Assembly (NCBI GenBank): GCA_046759485.1
Contig: JBHICF010000001.1
Location: 1 to 38,615, forward strand
Direction of reading: 5' to 3'
DNA from: Nitrospiraceae bacterium
GTDB taxonomy: Bacteria > Nitrospirota > Nitrospiria > Nitrospirales > Nitrospiraceae
DNA: 38,615 nucleotides
This document shows, piece by piece, positions 1 to 6,547 of this stretch. The notes beneath the pieces were generated by a model, which made no database searches, had not been told where the DNA came from, and worked only from the letters and a program-made list of their open reading frames with translations. The first letter of the stretch is position 1, and the number at the start of each line of letters is the position of its first letter. The position numbers and the translations under genes were made by a program.

Positions 1-233
1 GAGGTGGTGGCGTGGGACCACAGCGAGGTGGTGGCGTGGGACCACAGCAAGGTGGTGGCGAGGGGCCGCAGCGAGGTGGTGGCGTGGGACCACAGCGAGG
101 TGGTGGCGTGGGACCACAGCAAGGTGGATGCGAGGGGCCGCAGCGAGGTGGTGGCGCGGGGCCACAGCAAGGTGGTGGCGTGGAACCACAGCAAGGTGGA
201 TGCGAGGGGCCACAGCAAGGTGGATGCCGGGCC
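1..233 (+). repeat. Tandem 24-bp coding repeat, about 9.7 copies, running off the left edge of the window
   Basis: Units at 1-24, 25-48, 73-96 and 97-120 are identical (gaggtggtggcgtgggaccacagc). The other units differ at a few positions. Confidence 0.95.
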
Positions 234-687
234 GTGCGTCTCAGTTCGAATAATTGGTCACAGGGGCAACGTTCGCGGCGGTGTCGCGATTGGGGCTGTC
301 TTCACCGCCGAGGAATGGGTCGAGCGGTGCGGCTTGGTGGTCGAGGACGATTCGGTCATTCTCTACAAGGCTGCGGGCAGTCACTACAAGTCAGACTACA
401 ACCCGGATTACCGGTATGAAATCGGATCCGAGGTCGTGGCCCAAGATTGGGCCGACGACGGACAGGAGTGTGGTGGCGGGCTGCATTTCGGATGGAGTCC
501 GAGGGTTGCCTCGTCGTTTCATAGCGGCTACAAGCACATCGTCGCGTGCAGCGTGAAAGTGTCCGATATCGCGACCGTGCATGACGAGCATCGATACCCC
601 GACAAGTGCAGGGCCCGAGCCTGCACGGTGCTCTATGAGGTGGACCTCGACGGAAACCGTCTCGAAGAACAGGAGGATACATCGTGA
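1..687 (+). CDS. 5'-truncated repeat protein. At least 9 tandem octapeptide units (EVVAWDHS/KVVARGRS/KVDARGHS) precede a ~150-aa globular C-terminal domain with ILYKA...CGGGLHFG motif, resembling a phage DUF7666-type domain.
   Basis: Frame 1 is open from base 1 to TGA 685-687. A 24-nt coding periodicity spans 1-233. The stop overlaps the GTG of the next gene (GTGA). Confidence 0.75.
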   Translation, partial: EVVAWDHSEVVAWDHSKVVARGRSEVVAWDHSEVVAWDHSKVDARGRSEVVARGHSKVVAWNHSKVDARGHSKVDAGPCVSVRIIGHRGNVRGGVAIGAVFTAEEWVERCGLVVEDDSVILYKAAGSHYKSDYNPDYRYEIGSEVVAQDWADDGQECGGGLHFGWSPRVASSFHSGYKHIVACSVKVSDIATVHDEHRYPDKCRARACTVLYEVDLDGNRLEEQEDTS

Positions 688-968
688 GTGACCGCGCGAA
701 GTACGTGGACGTAAGCAAGCTGCGGGAACGGCTGGACGGGTTGCGGCCCAAGATGCACGGACCACCGCTCGAAGAATGGGCGACGACCAGGGACCTAGCG
801 ATCGACGAGTTCGGATCCATCATTGACGAGCTGGCCTACATGAAGGTCGATCACGACCGCATCTGGTTCCATGACGGCCGGCAGATTCCGGAGCCGTTGC
901 GGATTCTCGGCCCCCTTCCCGACCGCTTCTGCGGCTGTAGCGGCTCGCAGGCTCGGGATTCTCAATGA
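684..968 (+). CDS. Hypothetical protein (94 aa)
   Basis: GTG start has AGGAGGA 6 nt upstream. GTGA overlap with the upstream gene and ATGA overlap with the downstream gene. Confidence 0.6.
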   Translation: MSDRAKYVDVSKLRERLDGLRPKMHGPPLEEWATTRDLAIDEFGSIIDELAYMKVDHDRIWFHDGRQIPEPLRILGPLPDRFCGCSGSQARDSQ

Positions 969-1888
969 GGACTCTGATGAAGGCTGAGACGACGATCGCC
1001 CCTGAATTGCTCATCAACGAGCTAGGTGCCTATCGCCACCTGCCCCGGCACCTGCGCGGCCGGTACAGGTACATGCTCTTCGAGTCGTGCAGATTCCAGA
1101 CTGGGATCACCGGGGAGAAGGCAGAAGTCCGGCGCTGGTGCTACCTCACGCCGGACGGCGTGATTTGGATTGCAGGGAGATACCTCTGGGACGGCCCCAG
1201 CGGTCCTGCCATTGACACGTCATCGTTCATCAGGGGCTCGCTCGTTCATGATGCCCTCTATCAGCTCATCCGCGAGGGGCGGCTCGCGCGTCACTACCGT
1301 CGAGATGCCGACCAACTGCTGCGCAGGCTCTGCCGGGAGGACGGGATGTCGCGCATCCGCTCGTGGTGGGTTTACCGGGCCGTTCGGCTGTTCGGCTGGC
1401 GGGCTGTGCGCCCGGGCGCACCCGAGGTCGCGGAGCGCGAGGAGACCGGCCTCCTCACCGACACGCACGGGCCGGTCGCGGGAGAGGAGCGGTGTCCCGA
1501 CTACTGTGACCTCGACGTCCAGGAGCTTGGCTGCCTGCCACCAAGCCCTACAGATCTCACCTACCTGCTCAAGGTAGAGGCGAAGCTCACGGCGGTTCGT
1601 GCGGCCGCTCGCAGGCTTGGGATTCTAAGGGAGGACGCCATGGCTGAGACACGTACGCGCCCGCTCATCCGCTTCATCAACAGTCAGCGGCTGAAGGTGC
1701 AGATCCAGTGGGAGCCCCGGGACCTCTGGGTCGGCATGTTCTGGGAGTTGAGGCTCGTTCCGGTGCCGGAGGAGAGCGTCCAGATGAAGATCCTGCATGC
1801 CTATCTCTGCGTGATCCCGATGTTTCCGATTCACGTCACGTGGCTTGTTGACCTCCTCTGTTTCTACCCGGAGGCCCGCGATGGCTGA
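965..1888 (+). CDS. Hypothetical protein with DUF1353-like N-terminal half (WDGPSGP...SLVHDALY)
   Basis: ATGA coupling on the 5' side and an 8-nt overlap with the next gene. Motif recalled by eye only. Confidence 0.6.
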   Translation: MRTLMKAETTIAPELLINELGAYRHLPRHLRGRYRYMLFESCRFQTGITGEKAEVRRWCYLTPDGVIWIAGRYLWDGPSGPAIDTSSFIRGSLVHDALYQLIREGRLARHYRRDADQLLRRLCREDGMSRIRSWWVYRAVRLFGWRAVRPGAPEVAEREETGLLTDTHGPVAGEERCPDYCDLDVQELGCLPPSPTDLTYLLKVEAKLTAVRAAARRLGILREDAMAETRTRPLIRFINSQRLKVQIQWEPRDLWVGMFWELRLVPVPEESVQMKILHAYLCVIPMFPIHVTWLVDLLCFYPEARDG

Positions 1889-2906
1889 GAACACGGACAT
1901 AGAGTGGTGTGACGCCACCATCAATCTGTGGTGGGGCTGCACGAAGGCGCAGGTGGGCGGCCGTCTCGACGAAGCATGCCGACACTGCTACGCCGAGGCC
2001 GGCTCGAAGATGCGTGGCCACAGGGTGTGGGGTCGGAACGCCGAGCGACGGTTCATGAAGGACCCCCTCGGCCAGCTCAAGAAGTGGAACCGGTGGGCGG
2101 CCGAGGGCCGCTGCCGGGAGTGCAAGGGGCGTGGCTATCTAGGCGGCGACAAGGGGAACTACTGCAGCAAGTGCGGGCGCAGCGGGCGAGTACCGCCCTA
2201 CAACATCAAGGTCTTTGCGATGAGCTACGGCGACCTCTTCGAGAAGCACTCCGACGAGGCGATCAACGCCAGGATGACGGCAATCCGCGAGGAGTTCTTC
2301 GTCCTGGTGCCCAGGCTCCGCAACTTGACGTTTCTATGCCTCACCAAACGCCCTGAGAACGTGATGTGGATGGTGCCGAACAACGGCTCATTCCCCCCGA
2401 ACGTCTGGATCGGCACCAGCGTCGCGGACCAGGAGAGCCTCGACAAGCGCTGGCCGGATCTCGCGGCGATCCCGGCGCGGGTGCGGTTCGTCTCGGCGGA
2501 GCCGCTGCTCGAGGGGGTGGACTTTTCGTCGGCGCTCCACGATATCGAGTACGGGGCGCCCGGTGGCCCCGTCAGGCAGGCACGGAAACTTGAGTGGCTC
2601 ATCCTTGGCGGTGAGAGCGGCCCGAAGGCCCGGCCGTCTCATCCCCGCTGGTTCGAGTTCGCGATCGAACAGTGTCGGAAGGCCGGGGTGCCGGTGTTCT
2701 TCAAGCAGTGGGGGGAGTGGGCGCCCTGGAGGCCCAGCGACCGACGACCGGTACGGCCGACGGACATCTGTATGGAGCCGGACGGCTCACGGCGTCGCGG
2801 CTGTGATGCGTTGCCGTCGCCCGACTCGGCTTGGCTGCGACGAGTCGGGAAGAAGGCCGCAGGTGCGACGGTCCTCGGCCGGGAGTGGCAGGAGTTTCCG
2901 AGATGA
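1881..2906 (+). CDS. Phage Gp37/Gp68 family protein (DUF5131) with an inserted DnaJ-like zinc ribbon
   Basis: N-terminus MAENTDIEWCDATINLWWGC...CRHCYA is typical of the family. CRECKGRG...CSKCGRSG lies at about 2112-2189. Confidence 0.85.
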   Translation: MAENTDIEWCDATINLWWGCTKAQVGGRLDEACRHCYAEAGSKMRGHRVWGRNAERRFMKDPLGQLKKWNRWAAEGRCRECKGRGYLGGDKGNYCSKCGRSGRVPPYNIKVFAMSYGDLFEKHSDEAINARMTAIREEFFVLVPRLRNLTFLCLTKRPENVMWMVPNNGSFPPNVWIGTSVADQESLDKRWPDLAAIPARVRFVSAEPLLEGVDFSSALHDIEYGAPGGPVRQARKLEWLILGGESGPKARPSHPRWFEFAIEQCRKAGVPVFFKQWGEWAPWRPSDRRPVRPTDICMEPDGSRRRGCDALPSPDSAWLRRVGKKAAGATVLGREWQEFPR

Positions 2907-2931
2907 GCCGGCCCCCGGAGGACCACGAACG

Positions 2932-3405
2932 ATGAGGACCTACGACCTCGACCAGCTCCGCGAGTTTGTCCGCGAGAGCGAGCGAATCGAGGGAATTCAC
3001 CGAGAGCCTCGACGGGCGCAGGTCCGGGCCCACGAGCACTTCCTGGGCCTAGGGGAACCAGACCTCCAGGACCTCTGCAACGTGGCACTGTCGCTCGAGC
3101 CTCGAGCCCGCCTTCGTGAACAGCCGGCTATGAACGTGCGGATCGCCAACCACAGACCTCCTTCCGGAGGGCCGGAGATTCCCTCGCACGCCGAATTCCT
3201 GGTTCGCCAGGTCGTTCTCAACCGCGGAACGCCCTACCGACTCCATATCGAGTATGAGACCCTCCACCCATTCATGGACGGCAACGGCCGCACGGGTCGC
3301 CTCCTGTGGGCGTGGCAGATGATTCACCACGACATTTCGCCGGGAATTGACCTCGGATTTCTCCACGCTTGGTACTACCAGGGCTTGGATTTTGGACGGG
3401 CCTAG
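2932..3405 (+). CDS. Small Fic-domain protein (157 aa), probable AMPylase/NMP-transferase
   Basis: Canonical Fic motif HPFMDGNGRTGR at 3265-3300. N-terminal SERIEG at 2977-2994 fits the (S/T)xxxE(G/N) inhibitory helix motif. Internal ATG chosen because the upstream ORF extension overlaps DUF5131 and is R/S/P-rich. Confidence 0.9.
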   Translation: MRTYDLDQLREFVRESERIEGIHREPRRAQVRAHEHFLGLGEPDLQDLCNVALSLEPRARLREQPAMNVRIANHRPPSGGPEIPSHAEFLVRQVVLNRGTPYRLHIEYETLHPFMDGNGRTGRLLWAWQMIHHDISPGIDLGFLHAWYYQGLDFGRA

Positions 3406-3454
3406 GATGCCCTCTGACGGGAGAGATTTGTGATGAGTAAAACGATGCCCTCAA

Positions 3455-3688
3455 GTGCGCCCCCCCCCAATCCAGAAGCCTATGTTCGCGATCGACGAAA
3501 AACGACTAGACGAAATAAGAATACGGCGTATCGAAGTACAGGCCGAAATTGACTCTACGTACGTAGAGTCGCGCAGGATCAACGCCCGACGAGCCAAGCT
3601 AAAGAAAGAGCTTGTTGGGGCTTATTCGCACCATACTCGAACAAGAGCAGGTTCGCCCAGAGCACCGTCCAAGGCCGGGTCACCGTAG
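3455..3688 (+). CDS. Hypothetical coiled-coil-like small protein. Start ambiguous (GTG 3455, ATG 3482, or fusion to ATG 3433 through the C9 tract).
   Basis: ORF track. The region is AT-richer than its surroundings. A better RBS (GGGAGAG 3419-3425) serves ATG 3433, which is in another frame. Confidence 0.35.
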   Translation: MRPPPIQKPMFAIDEKRLDEIRIRRIEVQAEIDSTYVESRRINARRAKLKKELVGAYSHHTRTRAGSPRAPSKAGSP

Positions 3689-3718
3689 CGACTCGTAGAG
3701 ACGCGTCCTGATGACGCC

Positions 3719-4390
3719 CTAGATGCCGTACTTACTCACTGCGTACGACTGGATCGCGGTTGCGTCAGCCTGGACCGCCGCGCCCGAGAGGATCAATGCC
3801 TCATAGAGCTTGAACTGGGTTGAATCGGTTCCCGTCGCAAGTCTTGCCCCGAGGACTATGGGAATTAGGGAGTCCGGTCCGGTGTCGCCCACAGCCTGCG
3901 AGACCGAATCCAGGTATGCCTCGGATGAGGCGCCATTAAAGACGCCCATCGTAACGTGTCCGCCCGCCGTAATCGTCGCTACGTAGCCGAGGACTAGCGA
4001 AGCCTGAAGGCGGTGAGACGTTGCGGTAAAGGAAGACATCTTAGGGCCCAGACCAGTGTTCGTGGCCATAAGTGTGGAGGCGGGCGAGGTAAAGGACCAG
4101 TCCTTATAGATGGACACCAGCGTACATGGCTGGGAAATTGCAGGACCTACGGCAGCGAGCACATCATTCGAGCCGTCGAAATCGATCGTGTCTATCCCCA
4201 GTAACGGACGGTTTGCATCGACGCCTTGCATCGCATCCAGCCCTCCTACCAGGTCGACCCAGCTAGAGACTCCAGACCCTGTAACCGTTACGAGCTTTGT
4301 GGCGACCCAGCGATGGGCTACGGGCACGCTTAATTGCGGAAACCCCACGCCACGCCGTGCCTCTGAACGGTGCATAACGGCGAGCGGCAT
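3719..4390 (-). CDS. LamG/concanavalin-like jelly-roll protein, tail-associated (223 aa)
   Basis: Pattern W.DL.GG...FDGSNDVL...G.FNG...LGAR...F.LYEALI...Y...KYGI is typical of phage LamG-like domains. Last gene of the minus-strand late block. Confidence 0.65.
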   Translation of the reverse strand: MPLAVMHRSEARRGVGFPQLSVPVAHRWVATKLVTVTGSGVSSWVDLVGGLDAMQGVDANRPLLGIDTIDFDGSNDVLAAVGPAISQPCTLVSIYKDWSFTSPASTLMATNTGLGPKMSSFTATSHRLQASLVLGYVATITAGGHVTMGVFNGASSEAYLDSVSQAVGDTGPDSLIPIVLGARLATGTDSTQFKLYEALILSGAAVQADATAIQSYAVSKYGI

Positions 4391-4414
4391 AAGAGCAAGT
4401 CTAGCGCATGTGAG

Positions 4415-4723
4415 CTACGTGACGATGGCGATACTCGCCGTACGTATCGTACCTATGCGGTCTTTATACTTAACCTCCAGCCGTCGGTTGACACCCATGC
4501 CAGCCGACGAAAACCAGAATATGAGCGTGCCATCGGGCATGTCGCTATCAACTGGCTCGGTCTCCTCAACGAAGATTGGCCAGTTCGTCGCGGGCGACAC
4601 GCCCGCAATCTGCGACCCGGTGGCAGATGTCGCGGTGCCGATAACCGCCTTAAAAGTAAGGAACATGTCCATATAGTCATTGTTATCGGTCTCATCATCC
4701 GATAGCAGGTGAAGCTCTGTCAT
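4415..4723 (-). CDS. Hypothetical acidic structural-module protein (102 aa)
   Basis: ATG has GGGGAGGGA 4 nt upstream. Confidence 0.65.
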   Translation of the reverse strand: MTELHLLSDDETDNNDYMDMFLTFKAVIGTATSATGSQIAGVSPATNWPIFVEETEPVDSDMPDGTLIFWFSSAGMGVNRRLEVKYKDRIGTIRTASIAIVT

Positions 4724-4771
4724 CGTCCCTCCCCAGGGCCGTTGGCGTGTAGGGGCTCATACTCTCACGGG

Positions 4772-4888
4772 TCACGGCTCGTCGCGACGACCGGAGCGGA
4801 ATTTCCACCACGCAAGAAGAACCGCCGCAAGAATCGCCAGGCTCTTGTAAGGGATCTTCAAGGAGAGGTCGAGTATCTCGCTTTCCAT
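4772..4888 (-). CDS. Possible 38-aa single-pass membrane peptide (MESEILDLSLKIPYKSLAILAAVLLAWWKFRSGRRDEP)
   Basis: Internal ATG of ORF 4772..4990. Hydrophobic core followed by a basic tail. No clear RBS. Confidence 0.3.
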   Translation of the reverse strand: MESEILDLSLKIPYKSLAILAAVLLAWWKFRSGRRDEP

Positions 4889-4995
4889 AGTTCGGCTCGT
4901 CGCGGATAACCAGACGGTGGCTCGGCGGCCAAGACCCGGGGAGGGAGGATAGGCGACCGCCAAGTACCCAAAGTCCCCGATTGGGGACACCCGTC

Positions 4996-5009
4996 CTTAT
5001 ATATATAAG
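4996..5009. repeat. Perfect 14-bp AT palindrome CTTATATATATAAG in a GC-rich intergenic region
   Basis: Read directly from the sequence. Lies between the tail-fibre stop (5121) and the downstream minus-strand genes. Confidence 0.9.
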
Positions 5010-5120
5010 TGCCGCCGAGAACGAAAATCTGACACACGAAACGAAAAGCTTTCGAGGCACCGGACGCAACTACCAACATCGCGGTGAACGGGGTCCATCA
5101 AAATAGACTAATGCCGCGCC

Positions 5121-6176
5121 TTACCAATTGCCGCCGAAGTCACTGCGCCCAGCAACGGAGACATCGCTTACGCCCGTGGTATTACGTACACGGAGCTGTA
5201 ACACGTCACCGTTCGAAAGAGTAACGAATGCAATGGCTGCCCACGCGCCCGGTTCGTTTTGCCTGGCTGAGATCCGTCCACCCATTCCGACCGGAGCACC
5301 GTTTAGATGCCAGCGAAACTGCATTGTCTCAGGCGATCCACCGCCAACCTTTCTCGCCGACCCCTGGCTCTCGATGCGCAGATTGCCGGCTCGGTCAGGC
5401 CCCGTATACGTCCACTCGTTCGTGCCGGCTCCACCGAGTGTGAAAAGAACCTCACTGCCGCTAGCGGTCAAGGCTCCGGTTACCGCAACGTAGACGTTCG
5501 TTGTTGAGATCACCGTTTGGGTGAAGGCGCCCCGAGTCCCGGAGAAAACGGCCGGCAACTCGGAAACTGCGATCCACGTACCGCTACCCGGGGCTGGCGA
5601 ATCAGAAAAGTATGCGTCGATCGAGATGTCGGTCGTATTGAACACGGCCATGCCGCGTACAGGGTTTGGGATCGCATTGCGCTGTGTCTCTGTAACCTGA
5701 TGTAAGCCGAATGCTGAGTCTGTACCGCGCATCAGCACGTGACCATCAACGTCGACTCGTAGGCGAGCTTTCAAGAGACTGCGGTCTTCCAACTCAAGGC
5801 TTCCTGCATCGTTAACTGTCCAGCACCACTCCCGTGGGGCCTCTTCGTTAACGATGCAAAGCTCTTCGAAAAGCTCGAGAGGGATCTCTACGGACAGCTT
5901 CCCGTCCGCTTCTCGCAAGCTCGATTCAACCAACTCTGAACGCTGGTTCCATCGTGGAAGCTTGCCAGAGCCGCCCCTGATGCCGACCACCATCACGTCG
6001 CGCAACTGCTGCATAAGTTGACGAAGGGTCGCAGCAATCGTGCGCGGATCTTCGGATACGGTCTTGCGGTAGAGGTCGAACTGGATCGACCGCGAAGGCT
6101 GCTTGGACAGCCGATCACGTTCAGCACTGCGCGTCAGTGCTGATGTGTCGCGCCCGCCGCGACGAGTCTCGGCCAT
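5121..6176 (-). CDS. Tail fibre / receptor-binding protein candidate (351 aa)
   Basis: Sits directly after the giant internal-virion-like gene. The C-terminal half is G/T/S/V-rich and beta-like. TAATG overlap with the upstream gene. Confidence 0.7.
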   Translation of the reverse strand: MAETRRGGRDTSALTRSAERDRLSKQPSRSIQFDLYRKTVSEDPRTIAATLRQLMQQLRDVMVVGIRGGSGKLPRWNQRSELVESSLREADGKLSVEIPLELFEELCIVNEEAPREWCWTVNDAGSLELEDRSLLKARLRVDVDGHVLMRGTDSAFGLHQVTETQRNAIPNPVRGMAVFNTTDISIDAYFSDSPAPGSGTWIAVSELPAVFSGTRGAFTQTVISTTNVYVAVTGALTASGSEVLFTLGGAGTNEWTYTGPDRAGNLRIESQGSARKVGGGSPETMQFRWHLNGAPVGMGGRISARQNEPGAWAAIAFVTLSNGDVLQLRVRNTTGVSDVSVAGRSDFGGNW

Positions 6177-6547
6177 TACGCCTCCGTGTCGAAGCGCCCG
6201 CCAGGCGCTAGGTCGCTGCCGGCCAGGTGGTGCCTCGTACCTTGGCGTGCGCCGTGAGGTATGTGGTGCGACCCATCGACAAAGATCGCAGCCTCCTTCT
6301 CGCCAATCTGTCGAGCGTGATCTTCATAGAGAGGGTTTGCCATGTCTACATTCTCGTAAGGGGTACCCTCCCACGGATTCGCGACGTCCAGCACGACAGG
6401 CTTGCCGGCAACCCTCATGTGCGGAGCTGAAAATGCGCGCCTCATCGTTGCGCCGCACTGACAGCTCAAGCCCTGTGGCTGATCGGAAAAGGGAGCGATA
6501 TTCTCGCGCCGTTCTCGGCATTGCCGACATACAAAGAGCTGGATCAT
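6176..6547 (-). CDS. Zinc-ribbon protein (CxxC...CxC), 123 aa
   Basis: MIQLFVCRQCRE...LSCQCG. ATGA overlap with the upstream 1214-aa gene. Confidence 0.7.
   Translation of the reverse strand: MIQLFVCRQCRERRENIAPFSDQPQGLSCQCGATMRRAFSAPHMRVAGKPVVLDVANPWEGTPYENVDMANPLYEDHARQIGEKEAAIFVDGSHHIPHGARQGTRHHLAGSDLAPGGRFDTEA

Noticed and set aside
1-233. Possible CRISPR array (also considered for 32654-32935 and 37674-38087)
   Set aside because: The repeats are directly tandem with no spacers. They are in frame within ORFs, and the units (24 or 15 bp) are shorter than CRISPR repeats.
2563-2931. N-terminal 123-aa extension of the Fic ORF
   Set aside because: It overlaps the 3' third of the DUF5131 gene in another frame and is R/S/G-rich. 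ATG 2932 lies 26 nt after the DUF5131 stop.
3700-3718. Bidirectional terminator between convergent genes (GCGTC-CTGAT-GACGC)
   Set aside because: The stem is only 5 bp and there is no U-tract, which is too weak to call.
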